From positions 87,670,001 to 87,734,000 of the forward strand of contig NC_058368.1 in the NCBI RefSeq assembly GCF_018350175.1: a stretch of DNA of 64,000 nt, written 5' to 3'. The notes beneath the pieces were generated by a model. That model saw nothing but the letters and a program-made list of their open reading frames with translations, did not search any database and had not been told where the DNA came from. Positions 37,311-50,104 of the stretch are shown piece by piece. Position numbers and translations under genes: made by a program. Source of the DNA: Felis catus. Its lineage: Eukaryota. Each line of letters starts with the position of its first letter. The stretch's first letter is position 1.

Positions 37311-37999
37311 TAGCCAATGAAAGCCCAGAGAACACAGAAATTTTGGGTTTCCTAGTATTGGTTCTGAGACCACCTCCCCCAGCCCTGAATGAGGGGGGCA
37401 CTTACATCTCCAAGAACTAGGAATATCACCAGTGGGAAGTGTTTCCAGCCATGCCCACAGCACATCCATTCCTTGTACCCCGCCACCTCACCCTTCCTTT
37501 ATGTCAGAAGAGCCACTGGTCCCCAGGAACCAGTGCTCTCAGCAGCACTGAGGAACCACTGCTCCTCAGCAGCCCCCAACTCACAGTCACTTGACCCAGA
37601 GATGTGGGACCATCTGTCCAGCATCTAGTGTCTATAAGGCCAAATTTGGGATCTTTCTGGATCCTTCCTGAAGGGGGAGTGGGGACCTGGGAGGCCCTGT
37701 TCCATCAGGATCTGAACACTGATGCTTCCACTGATCTTCTCCCCAAAACCCCATGCCAGAAATCCCCAACCTCTGACATTCCATTTGGAAGAGATTCACT
37801 TGGCTGTAAGACCTCTTTTTTGGAAAGATTTCTCTTTCCCTAAACTCTATCCTCTCCTGAAGTAATTCCCTAATTCTTTCCCCAAGCCTTGCCCTAAGGC
37901 AACAGAAATAACCCCCCATTTACAAGTTTCCAGAGAAGCTCAGGGGTTACAGGTGGTATTCTTTTCTCAGCTATGTAACAGTTCGTTGTGTTATCATCT

Positions 38000-38345
38000 G
38001 AAGGATCAACCTAGGATGACTCTGCTTCCACTGTCACTTGGCTTCTTAGCAGAATTCATTTCCTTGTGGCTGCATGACTGAGAGCCCCAGCTTCTTACTG
38101 AATTTCATATGGGTCCACTGTAGATCTGAGAGGGCACCTGAAGTCTCCTGACGTGGCATGTTTCCTAGTCCAGCAAAGGGTCTATCTCTCCAGTGTACTA
38201 AGTCCTTCCTTATATGATGAATTGTAATCACAGGGGTGCCTTCCTATGGCCTTTGTCATATTAAATTGTCTAGAACAAGTCACAGGTCCCTCCACACTCA
38301 AGAAAACTGACAGTAGAAGCCACCAACTGGGGCAATCCCATACAT
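38000..38345 (-). mobile_element. MaLR (MLT1-like) LTR fragment
   Basis: gcagaattcatttccttgtggctgcatgactgag and tagaacaagtcacaggtcc motifs. Confidence 0.5.
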
Positions 38346-39794
38346 TTCCAGACACTGACAAAAGTCCCGGGAAGACAAATTTACCACTGCCCTACTCCAT
38401 AGATGTCCATACACACAGTCACAGGCAGCCTTTCTTTGTAACATAGTTTGGGAAGGTCAAAACTCCTGCACCTTTCTACTTTTTGGCATGTTACATAAAA
38501 CGGAGTGAGCATCTTTTCTATGCCTTGGAAAATTGTCATTTTTCTCCTAGTTTTGAATCAGCATCCAACCTTTTATCCTTTGCATTTTAAATGTTGTGAC
38601 ATATCTCTGAAAATTACTTTAATGTGAATACTTTTGGTCGCATCAATTACTTCAGGATATCTCCACCTTTTTGTCAAAACTGCTTTCCTTCATTATTTTG
38701 AACGTGCTATTTACACTGAGTTCTTCTGGATGGATGTCTGGAGACAACTGAACATAGGTTATGTCCACATTCCCATGAACAACTGTGTTTGTATGAGTCC
38801 ACTTACATTGGATTTTAATCTAAACTCTCTTTTCGTGTCTTCACTGCACTTGAATCTCTGTTGACCAATTTCCTCTTTGGAAAATCCATTTTGCAAAAAT
38901 TTTGTGGACTCATCACTAAGCATCAAAGGGGGCAACACAACTACAAGCTTTTCTGGCTATGTGTGAATTTAATAACAGATGCGCAGTGACCAATCCCCAA
39001 CAGACTTTGAAAGAAGCGACATGATACGTCAGGGAGAGTGATGCTCATGTTATTTACATACTGTGGTAAGTTATGTTTCTACTGTTGTGTGGTAGGGGCA
39101 CCAGTGTTTTTCAACAGAACAATCATGAAAGAAAAGTTTATATAGTACAATTATATACTCACCGCATCTATATTTTCAGAATGCACAAAGGCAAAATGCT
39201 GAAACCAGTAGAAAATATATGTGCAAATGGATGAAAATAAGAAAAAAAATTACCACAGACAACAAATGAACCAGAAATTTTTCCTATGAGAATATCCTCA
39301 GAAAGACTCTACAGGAGAATACATGAAGCTCTGCATCACTGCCTTCACTAGGAAGGATGTGTGATGACAGGAAAGTAGAAATAGCATTAATGTCCAAGTG
39401 TCACAAAATGAAATAGGATAATTGCAAAATATGTTCATTGATAAAGCACTGTCTCAACGTTAAATGCAACTAAATTAATGTGTGTTCCTAGGAAATTACT
39501 CTGAATATCAGAAATAGTGAAGAACAAGAAGGTTTATAAAAACTATACATATAATAAAATGTATAATTTTAAATTATAGTTTAAAAAATAATAGGGATTG
39601 GAAGGACACCTTGAAATGATTACAAATTTCCCCCATGGAGATAATGAGGATGACCTAGGATGACAGATAAAGAGGACACTAATTTCTACCTATAGATGCA
39701 TTTCTTATTAAAACTGAAAAGAATCTATGTTATGATACTACTTGTAAAATTATTTCTGGATTGTGACTATGTGGGTAATTGACTTTCATTTTGA

Positions 39795-40024
39795 TTTTTT
39801 TTTTAAACTTTTTTTTCCCAACGTTTTTTATTTATTTTTGGGACAGAGAGAGACAGAGCATGAACGGGAGAGGGGCAGAGAGAGAGGGAGACACAGACTC
39901 GGAAACAGGCTCCAGGCCCTGAGCCATCAGCCCAGAGCCCGACGCGGGGCTCGAACCCACGGACCGCGAGATCGTGACCTGGCTGAAGTCGGACGCTTAA
40001 CCAACTGCGCCATCCAGGCGCCCC
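39795..40024 (-). mobile_element. CAN-SINE (Felis-type)
   Basis: Reverse complement of the SINEC_Fc-like consensus. Confidence 0.95.
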
Positions 40025-40319
40025 TGATTTTTATGAAATTTATTTTATTTATTAAATTTAGAAAGTGGAAATGCTAGAAGTAGGGAGAAAATAACTGTAG
40101 AAATATATCCAAGCAATAATCAGTTATTAAACATCTGTATGAAAACAATTTCTTCCCCAATTTTTTTTTCTGTTCATTGTACACTAACATTTTCTTTCGT
40201 TACCAGTAACAAAATCAGTATGTCAGCATAAATCTAAATTACTTTTTTTTTCGGGGGGGAGGAGGTGGAATCTAACCCTTTATTTCACTTCGAAAGTTCA
40301 GCTTTGTTTTGTTTTGTCT

Positions 40320-40530
40320 TTTAAATATGAAATTTATTGTCAAATTGGTTTCCATACAACACCCAGTGCTCGTCCCAACAGGTGCCCTCCTCAATACCCA
40401 TCACCCACCTTCCCCTCCCTCCCACCCCCCATCAACCCTCAGTTTGTTCTCAGTTTTTAAGTGTGTCTTATGTTTTGGCTCCCTCCCTCTCTAATCTTTC
40501 TTTTTTCCTTCCCCTCCCCCATGGTCTTCT
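40320..40530 (-). mobile_element. Short L1 3' UTR fragment
   Basis: atatgaaatttattgtcaaattggtttccatacaacacccag matches the reverse of the L1 3' end at ~2500-2540. Confidence 0.9.
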
Positions 40531-41431
40531 GTATCAGCAGGTGGAGAATTTCCTTTAGTGCCTGAGCCTGTGGACAGTGTGGAGGCCACAGTTATGACTA
40601 GTGCCTCCCAGCATCTCAGTGTTTTGTCCAAACATCAGGTGATGATGTACTTGTGCCTAGGGGCAGTCTGGTAAAGAAACGCAGTATAGAGGTGAGAGTT
40701 GGGAGGGCCCCCAAGGATTTCCAATGGCATAGGGAAAAAGGAGAAAAATGCAATAAAATGGAACAGCCTGAGATAATAATGTTAAAGTTCAAAGCTCCTC
40801 ATAAGGCTAAGGATGCTGTTTTTTTCTGCATGTGTGTGTGTGTGTCTATGCATTGGCCTCATTCATTATTTTTTTAAGGTTTTAAAAATCATTAAAATGA
40901 ATTGTAAGCATGCAGGTGCTATAACACAGGCATCTTTGGAAAGTCCTGTAGGTAGAGCTGACTCAATGTTCCTTTTTCTCACTGGTTGGTTGATGCCCAA
41001 TAGGATTATCCAATTAGCATGCATAATCCTTCTTATCGAATCAGAAGAGGCTTCCAGGAGTTCTCATTTGACTACAATGAATATTACTGGGCTGCTCTTG
41101 CCTGGACCAGAGGCTTTGTTTTCTCCAGTGCCTGGCTGGTTTGCTCTGAGTACTGCGATCTGCTACTTCTGGCGGGTGCTCAGAGCTTCTGCCCTAATCC
41201 TGAGGAGAGCAAGGTGAGGAGCACGGAGAGGCAGCAGGAAGGGCAGCCCTGAAAGTGCATGAGGTACAGGAGCAGTTTCCCTTACATGGAGAACTTTCCT
41301 GGGTCCACGTGCTTCTAAGTGCCCTGAACCCTCGACTCCCAGAGCCCCTTTGTCAACATCTGTGAGCACAAAGCCTGGACAGGATCCCCTGGAGGGCAGA
41401 AGGCAGGAAGAATACATTATGACATGATGTG

Positions 41432-41433
<2 letters not shown>

Positions 41434-41466
<33 letters not shown>

Positions 41467-41519
41467 CGCGCGCGTGCGTGCGTGTGTGTGTGTGTGTGTG
41501 TGTGTATGTGAGTGTGTGT
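41434..41519. repeat. (TG)n/(CG)n microsatellite
   Basis: Directly visible. Confidence 0.9.
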
Positions 41520-42637
41520 CTCCCTGGAATGGCTGTTGCTGTGGGAGGCCCCCTGCAGATACTGCCTGGTTCTGGTAGGTCCTTCCTGCAGGTGCTGCTG
41601 GTTCTAGTGGTCCCTCCTGCAGATGCTTCCTGGGTGTGCTGGTGCTTTCTCCAGGTGCTGTCTGGTGCCTCAGCATCTCTCAACAGGAAGGGACACCTGA
41701 GTTCCCACAGGGAAGAAGGCAGCTCCAGTGGTGCTCATCATTTCCAGGATCCAGGTCTATCCCATCCAGACTGAACTGGGCTGGGGGTCCCCTTCGGTGT
41801 CAGCGGTTCTCCAGTCAATCCAGAGAAGAATGAGGCTACATGGCTGTCTTGTGCTTCTAGATTGAGAGAAACGCCAGATGAATCCCTTCGTAGGATGGGT
41901 GCGAAGAATAAGACACCCTGCCATTCCATTGTTCCTTCTCACTGCTTTCCAGAGTTCTACTTTGGGTGATCCCCATGTTACTTCCAGGGTTTATATTGGT
42001 GCTTACTGGAGAGACCAGAGAAAGTGTGTCTACACCATCTTGTCCAGACAGGAAGTTCCCATTCACAGCGTTTTTGCTGACCCCGGATTCTTCTCCCATT
42101 CTGAGCCTATTTATGTACGTTGGTTTTGAGGGTCCTCCAACACAACAGTCACAACATATACTTCCTATACCCTTTGTCGTTTTGAACTGTATTTGGTTGC
42201 CATGGTCTCCAAGTTACACGGTGCTGGAAATAAAGAAGCTGTGCTTGCTACCTTCATCAAAATATAGCAACGTCAGCACATTACTGACAACACCCCATTT
42301 TATTTGACAGGAAAATTAGGGTTCCAAAAAGAAATCTCCACTTTCTTTGATGCAGCTTATGAATGATTCAAAAAGCTACATCTCTCACTCCCATCTCTGG
42401 ATTCTCTTTCAGCCCCTCAGATTCCACCTGGACTGTTGGCTGGAGTCCAGCTTCCTTCCTCAGCAGCGATGTTCTCCTTACTTATCGCTATGCCTGGTGT
42501 CGGCTTTTTCTTTTTTCACGACTCCTGCTCTGAACTCCCTTATTCCAATGAGTGATGGGGTGTGTAGCATTTGTCCACGTTTCACAGGAAGGTTGGGAAA
42601 ATTTTAAATGTCACAACACTTAGCTTTAAACCTCCTA

Positions 42638-42880
42638 GGGGCGCCTGGGTGGCGCAGTCGGTTAAGCGTCCGACTTCAGCCAGGTCAAGGTCTCGCGGTC
42701 CGTGAGGTCGAGCTCAAGGTCTCGCGGTCCGTGAGTTCGAGCCCCGCGTCGGCCTCTGGGCTGATGGCTCAGAGCCTGGAGCCTGTTTCCGATTCTGTGT
42801 CTTCCTCTCTCTCTGCCCCTCCCCCGTTCATGCTCTGTCTCTCTCTGTCCCAAAAATAAATAAACGTTGAAAAAAAAATT
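42638..42880 (+). mobile_element. CAN-SINE (Felis-type) with an internal ~30-bp tandem duplication
   Basis: tcaaggtctcgcggtccgtgag.tcgagc repeated; TSD aaacctccta. Confidence 0.94.
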
Positions 42881-43306
42881 AAACCTCCTAAAATTAAAAA
42901 AAAAAAAAAACCTCCTAAAATTTTAGAAAAGATCAAAACTTAGGCCTGTATTATTTTTCCCAGAAGCCAATCTTAGAGGGATTTCAGGATCTTAGAAATG
43001 TATGAATAAAGCTGGGAAACAGATGAGGGATAGACAAAAAAGTATTGTTGCTGTGACTTTCTCCAGAGTGTTAGATGGCCTCTGTGTGAACCTTGACTTC
43101 CTCATCAGTTAGTGTGGTTAGTCAGTCACTAACCATGGGCTGTTTCCTGTCGTTATAGGGCAGGTTGTATTTCCTAATCTATCATGACAAAAAGCAGGTC
43201 AGTGGGCCCTGGAAATCAGCAGCAGGGACCGGAGGGATAGATCACAAAGGGAGACAAGGAAAATTTGGGAGAGATGGATGCTCATTTTGTTGACACTTTC
43301 ACAGAA

Positions 43307-43340
<34 letters not shown>

Positions 43341-44759
43341 ACACATGATATATGTTTCAACCAAGCAGTTTTGAAACCCAGAACAAAATGTATCAAGCAG
43401 CTTATTTACAAGATAATTACTAGATAGAGACCTGAGATTTTTATGAGATAGTAGAGTAGGAAACATGTACATCATCTCTGAAAATATGCCCAAGACTTAG
43501 ATCCATATACAGTATGGGTGAACAAGATGAGACAAACCCCACAAGGGCATTCTAAGGATGGTCTGTGTAAGCCAAAGCAGGAAGGACCGCCAGGACCAAA
43601 GCCAGATTTCCCCAACCTGTACAGTGAGGGAGGGTGTCTTGAGTGTTGTGGGTGTGCACTTGGCAAAAGGGGGCGGTGAACCTTCCTGGTCAGGTGTAGG
43701 TTCCCACTGAAGGATTCTGAGGAGGGTCCAGGGATGTGAAGGCCACTTGGGGGCAGACGCTGTGTCTGAGGCAAGACTGGGAACAGCAGTGACTAAACAT
43801 GGCCTGTGGTCACGAGGCAAGGGTAGATGAGTAGTAGATCATCCCAGGTAATGGACTGCAGGAAAGGGGATACGAGGCCTCACTTGTATGAAACAGGAGT
43901 TATTAAAATGGGGGTTGTTTCTGGCCCTTTCACACCTGCTGCATGACCATGGGCTACATGAGGTTTCCTATTAACTTTGCAGCTGGATTTATCTGTATTT
44001 ATCCTCTTACTTTGATTATCAGCTGAGATGATTTTTGTTTCTTGGTTTTTATTTTCCAGTCCTTGCTGATTTCATATCTCACACGTGGGAAGCTGTAGGA
44101 GGGCAAAGTGTCAGCTGGTCAGGGAACACTGACATACTGCCTTGCTGGTGCAGGGAAAGCAGAGAAGGCCCCAGGCTGCTAGGAAAAGGAACTGACGCTG
44201 GATAAAGCCAGAAAGGTCAACGTGCCATAAACCATTAAAACTGCAGATTAGAGGCAATCGACACAGTGTCAGGAGATGAGAAAGAAAGCAGCTCAGGAGG
44301 GCCCAGTCTAAGACAGAGATGAGAAGGACCCGGAACTCAGCTCTTCCAGGGACACGCAGAATCCACGCCTACTCATACAGCAATGTCTCCGGAGGAACTG
44401 AGCATCAGGACAGACAGACTCTGGTAGTGCGGGGACCCCACTCCTGGCTCTGGGAACTGCATGGGGAGGGACAGCAGGGAGGGGCTGTGTGTAGATCCAC
44501 CTGTGCAGGACACAGAAACAAAGCCACAGTTTAAAATGGCAACTAGAAGGTAAAGGAGCTCACCCTTCACCAGATATTGGGGGACATGCTGGAACTGTCC
44601 CTGAGTCCTGTTTCTCCTGCAACTCAGTAGCGCTGAGTCCTAGCCCACACCAGGCCCACATGCCCTGGAGGCCAGAGAAGGATCAGCAGAGCAACTAGGC
44701 TGTAAAGGAAGCAGAATTCTAAGTCTGCCAAGTCGCGCGGGAGCCACAGAGTGTATTGG

Positions 44760-45500
44760 GGAGCAGGTGGAGGAGGGGAGGGGAGGATGTAGAGGGGAGC
44801 TGGAGAATGAGGGAGGAAGACAAGGAGGGGAGAAAGGGGAGGGGAGGAGGAGTGGGAAGGAGAGGAGGGGAAGGGAGAAGAAGCAGATGAGGACAGGGAA
44901 GGTAAGAGGGGGAAGTGAGAGAAGATGGGAAGGGGAGGATGGGGAGAAAGAGGGGGAGTAGGAAGAAGAGGTAGAGGAGGGGAAGGGAAGAGAGGGAGTA
45001 TGGGGAGGAGGAGGGGAGGAATCAGAAGGGAGGAGGAGAAGTGGGAGAGGGGAGAAGAGGAGGAGAGGTGAGGAGAGACAATGAGGGATGAGGATGGGGG
45101 GAGGAGGGGTGGGCAGGAGGAGTAATAAGGGGAGGAGGATTTGGATATGAAGAGGAGGAGGGGGAGGGGAGGAAGGAGAGTTGAGCACCAGCAGGAGGCA
45201 GAGGAAAGGAGGGAGAATGAGGGAGGAGGAGAGGGAGGGGAGGAGAGGAAGTGGGGAAAAGGGGAAGGGGAGGAGGGGAGGAGGAGGCGGAGGAGGGGAG
45301 GGGAGTAGTGAGAGGGGAAGAGAAGTGGGAAACAGGATTGAGGGGAAGGAGAAGGTGAGGAGTGGGAGGAGATCATGGAACGGAAGAGGGTGGGGAGGAG
45401 AGATGAGCATGCGGAGGGCAGGGTAGGAGGGGAGAGGACGAAGTGGGGGGAGGAGGAGGGGTAGGGAGACTGATGGGGAGGGGAGAAGGTCGGAGGAGCC
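44760..45500. repeat. Polypurine (GGA/GA) tract at the inner edge of the right arm
   Basis: Directly visible, G-rich. Confidence 0.92.
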
Positions 45501-45554
45501 AGAACATAAACTCCCCTGGAGGAGGGAAAAGAGTTTCCTCCCTATTTCACTAGA

Positions 45555-45950
45555 GCCTTCCCAGGGCCACAAAGGCCCCACTCAGAGGTTTCGGGGTACG
45601 AAATACCATCAGACACTGGATGACCCAAGCCCTTCCCTTCCCAGGGCCACAAAGGCCCACACAGAGGTTTGTGGGTAAGCACTACCACCAGGCACTAGAT
45701 GACCCAAGCCCTTGCCTTCCCAGGACCACAAAGGCCCACAGACAGGTTTGTGGATAAGAACTAGCACCAGGCACTGGATGACTCAAGCCCTTGCCTTCCC
45801 AGGACCACAAAGGCCCACACAGAGGTTTGTGGGTAAGAACTACCACCAGGCACTGGGTGAGCCAAGCGCTTGCTTTCCCAGGGACACAAAGGACCCATGC
45901 AGAGATATGTGTATAAGAACAACCACCAGGAATTGGATGACCCAAGCACG
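45555..45950. repeat. ~80-bp minisatellite, ~5 units
   Basis: ccttcccagg.ccacaaaggccc...ggatgacccaagc recurs; reverse of 20140-20460. Confidence 0.85.
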
Positions 45951-48089
45951 TCATTGCATTGACACCACGGTGTTTCTCTGAGGACATCTCACCTTTCCTA
46001 CCCACCCCAACCACATGGCACCTGTGCCATCTGTCTAAGGGACGCGACCCCCCCCCCCAGCTGCTCCTTCCCTTGGGGAGCTCCTGATGATCTTTTGGTG
46101 GAGGTACTACCCCCTTGTTCACTGAGGCCAGTGCACGACACAGAGGGCCTCTCAGAGATCACGTGACAGGGGACCTACGGTGCAGAAGGAGCCCTCCCAT
46201 TGTAGGACTGGAGGCCAGGGAGCCAGAGGAGGGGGTAGGTCCTGCAAGGGGGTGGCCCAGGCGGTGCCTTCGGCCAAGCCCTAAAGTCCCAGTGTACTTG
46301 GAGAGCTGAGCCAAGTACCCGTGATGGGGTGGGGGGAGGGCACACACCAGCTTAAATGCTGGGAGGACCCAAAAAGACTCTGTGAGCACAGCCCAGGGCA
46401 GGAAACAAGAGGCTGGCATGTGGCAGGGGCAGATGGGCGCGGGGGGGGGGGGGGACGGGGAGGGGCCTTTCAGCTCTCCTAGGGCCTCTGCCCTCTGTAG
46501 GACAGACCCTGCAGGGAGCCAGGCTCAAGGCAGGTGCAGGTGCCTGTGGACCACACAAGCTCACTGGGTCCTGGTGCATCCCTGGAGCAGGGTGCTGGAC
46601 TGCACACGCATCCCTGCAGGGGGCGCCCAGGAGCCTGCAACTTGGAGATTTCCCTTCTACCTTATGTGTTTTCCATTTGTTTTTTTCTTTTTTTCCAGTT
46701 GCGGTGACATTCCCATAACACAAAGTCAACCACATTGAAGTGAACGATCCAGTGACATGCAGCACACTGACACAAGCTTGTACGGCCACCACCTGGATCT
46801 CGTGCCAGAACAAACCCCCGAACTGCTTTGTGGTTATATTTCCCCCCTCATCCCCACTGCCTGACAACCATCAATCTGCTCTCTGTCTGTCTGCATGTAC
46901 CTGTCCTGGACATGCCATGGCAATGGGACTGTAGAAGTCTGGGGCCCCCTGTGTCCTTCCTTCCACCTGCACTCAGGGAGCCCGTCCCCATCTGGGGTTT
47001 ATCCCTGCCCCTGAGGGCCTTGGTTGCTCTCTCCAGGAGCTCTTCCCACTAAGGTAAAAGGCTACAGACCATGTGCATGCTCACCAAGGACCACTTGTCC
47101 AGGTGCGCCCACCTTCAGGATCCATTCCATCACGGCTGCCAAACCCCTTAGGTGCTTCCTCTAATGTCACATCCCCAGTCCTCCATCCTGACTCAGAAGT
47201 ATACCCAACCTGGGTTTTAGATGATGTCATTATCCGCTTAAAGCAATGCACAGGGAGATGAAAATGAGTGGCAGCATAACTCTTCGTATTTATATAGAAC
47301 AGGGGAGCAGCTTGATTACCAAATAGTTCGCTCTCCTGATAGGAACACAGAGGACGGTGTGGGTTGGCAGCATCAGTCCCTGTGTGAGCACAGATTTGGG
47401 AAGGGGACACAAATCTTCAGTCCATAAAAATCTGAATTCAACCAAATATCCCATCTCCAGGAGGGACGCAAACTTTCCCTAACTGTTTTTTTCCCTCCAA
47501 AACTCTCCCAGAAAATGTGCAGACTTTTGGGTCAACAGGAGGGAAGAACAGATAGGGTTCAGGCCAGTGTCTTACTCACACAAAGGGTAATGGGGCTGAG
47601 TGTTCTGAGCCCAGCCCAAGTCAGGTCCCCAATGAGGAAAGACTGTCATGGCCCCAGACATGGAGGAGGAGATGGCCTGAATTCCTGCACAGGAGTCTGG
47701 GGTGGGGGGTGAATGCTAGAATTTGACCAACTTCAACCTGAACATGAGAAACTTTCCCAAAGGGACCAGGCCCAGCCTGTCCAGGACTGGAGGTGTTTTG
47801 ATAATGCAGAAACTTTATCTGAGTATCCCAGCCTCTGCCCTTGGCCTGGATCCTCGCACTCAAGAGCCAGGTCTCCACCTAGGATCCTGGCCCAGCCCAG
47901 ACAGCCATCCTCACCCCAGGGGTTCCTTGCTGGGTATTTCTCTCTCTCCTTATCTCCTGCTACCAGGACCTTGCTCCCCAACACTCAGTGTGTTCAGTTC
48001 TGTCAAACACACCCTTTAAGAAGCCCTTGGTTTATTTATTTTTTCTATTGCACCTTCCAGAAAGGCACAGTTGGTCATTTTTCCAGAAA

Positions 48090-48257
48090 GTCCTAGGATT
48101 CTACAGAAGCTGGGGAGCTCAGCCGCTGCTCTCTCCTATCACATCTGGAAGACTTGTTCTACACCTTCCTGGAACTTGTGGAGAAGTCAAGTGATCCCCT
48201 CAAAGCCACAGAATCTCCCTGGGAAGCCCTACAGCCCTACTACTTGGAAAGGTGAGT
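48090..48257 (+). promoter_or_regulatory. Candidate non-coding first exon / proximal promoter of copy B ending at a consensus donor (mirrored at ~17827-17990 for copy A)
   Basis: AAG|gtgagt donor at 48251/48252; acceptor ctctctgtctccag just before the ATG exon (50005); TTCCTGGAA at 48166-48174 and TTCTACAGAA at 48099-48108. TSS not visible. Confidence 0.4.
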
Positions 48258-48954
48258 ACTTTCTATTTTAAGGGCACTCATCCACATGTCTGTGTTCTCC
48301 ACTCCTCCCCTATTCTTGAGTGACAGGGAGACCCCAGAGGCTTTCACCAAAGGAAGACAAGCATGGAAGAGAATGAGGGCAAGTGCCAACATACCTTCTC
48401 ATGCCAGTCCTGCATGAGGAGGTGCTGGGCGGAGTTGCCTAGACCAGCACATGTGGTTCAGAACACTTGTTCTCAAAGCTGAGTTCATAAATAATAAATC
48501 TTCGGAGTATGCTGGCCTCAGGCCATGTCTGTCTAGGAGCCCTCTGGCTCGAGTGCTCCCTCCTCCAACTGCAAGTTTACTTGGGCTGTAAGGGGGTTGA
48601 CTCTGGCCTTCGAGTCGCTTGACCAGGGGGTGGCTTTTCTCTCCCAGCGTGCTCATGTTCCATGACAGAGCACAGCCAGAGGTCGGGCAAGGCTCCTACA
48701 CAAACAGGTGAGGAGACAGAGCCCGTTCACAGGAGGATGTGTCCATGGTGTTTTGCAGACACATGACCACAAGAGAAAGGTCATCCACAAGTAGGTGGAC
48801 ACAAGATCAGGTGGCCACTGTTGTGTCTCTGTCTCTAGGGTAAGCAACTTGTGCAGGAGTAAGAGGGGCCAAGATAGTGAAAAGGGACCTTTCTCTCCCC
48901 TAGCCATGTTTTCTTCACTTCCGTTAGCCTCCCAGTGTTGACTCATCCCCCACC

Positions 48955-49950
48955 AAGACAGAGAGAGAGAGAACAAGAAAGAGAGACAGAGAGAGATAGA
49001 GTAGGAGAGGGAAAGAGACAGAGACAGACAGGGACGAAGAAAGAAAGAGGACAGAAACTGACAGACAGAGGCAGAGACAGAGATATAAACAGAGACAGAC
49101 AGACAGAACCTGAGAAAGAGACAGAAACTGAGACAGAGACAGATGGAGGCAGAGAGAGACAGAGAGATACAGAAACAGGCAGAGAGAGACAGAGAGACAC
49201 AGAGACAGACAGAGAGAGACAGAGACAGACAGCAACAGAGAGACAAAAAAACTGACAGACAGGTACAGAGAGAAAGAGACAGAGAGAGACAGAGAGAGAA
49301 ACTGAGAGAGACATACATAGACAGAGAGAGAGATAGAAACAGAGAGACACACAGACAGAGACAGAGAGAGATGGGACACAAATAGAGACAGAGATAGAAA
49401 CCTAGAGAGACAGAGACAGACAGAGACAGACAGAGACAGAGACAGGAACAGAGACACACAGAGACAAAAACAGAGAGAGACACACACAGAGACAGAGAGA
49501 GATGAGACACAAACAGAGTGAGACAGATAGAAACCAAGAGAGACAGAGACAGAGAGGGATAGAGAGAGACAGAGACAGGAACAGAGACAGACAGAGAGAG
49601 ACAGAGACAGAAACAAAAAGACACAGAGAGAGACAGAGACAGAGAGATACACATAGAGACATAGATAGCCAGGTACAGAAACAGAGAGACAGAGAGAGAG
49701 ACAGAAACAGAGAGATAGAGAGAAAAAGATAGAGACAGAGACAGAGACAGAAACAGAGAGAGACAGGACAGACACAGACAGAGAGAGACAAAGACAGAAA
49801 GAGACATAAACAGAGAGAGACAGAGGCAACATACAGAGACAGAGAAACAGGCAGAGAAACCGAGACAGAGACAGGCAGAGATAGAGAGAGACAGAGACAG
49901 AAAGACAGAAACAGGGGGAGACAGAGACAGAAACTGAGAGAGACAGAAAT
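48955..49950. repeat. (GA)n/(GACA)n low-complexity tract
   Basis: Directly visible. Confidence 0.95.
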
Positions 49951-50010
49951 TAACTCAGTCCTGCCCTGTCTCCAATATCTGGGGCTCAGGCCTCTCTGTC
50001 TCCAGCAGCC

Positions 50011-50104
50011 ATGGCAAACACACAAGGTCGAGACATCTTTCCACCCAGCTGCTCCATCATCTTCCTCCTCCTGCAGCTTCTGTCCTGCAGCCTCTCTGCA
50101 AACG
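50011..50104 (+). CDS. BTNL10: Copy B signal exon (MANTQGRDIFPPSCSIIFLLLQLLSCSLSAN)
   Basis: cagccATGG Kozak; donor gtagga. Confidence 0.9.

Noticed and set aside
41570..42130. Short ORFs in unique-looking spacer sequence
   Set aside because: No recognisable domain or consistent splice structure.
44624..45581. Pro/Ser/Leu-rich ORFs (250 aa, 313 aa)
   Set aside because: Products of the polypurine/polypyrimidine tract.
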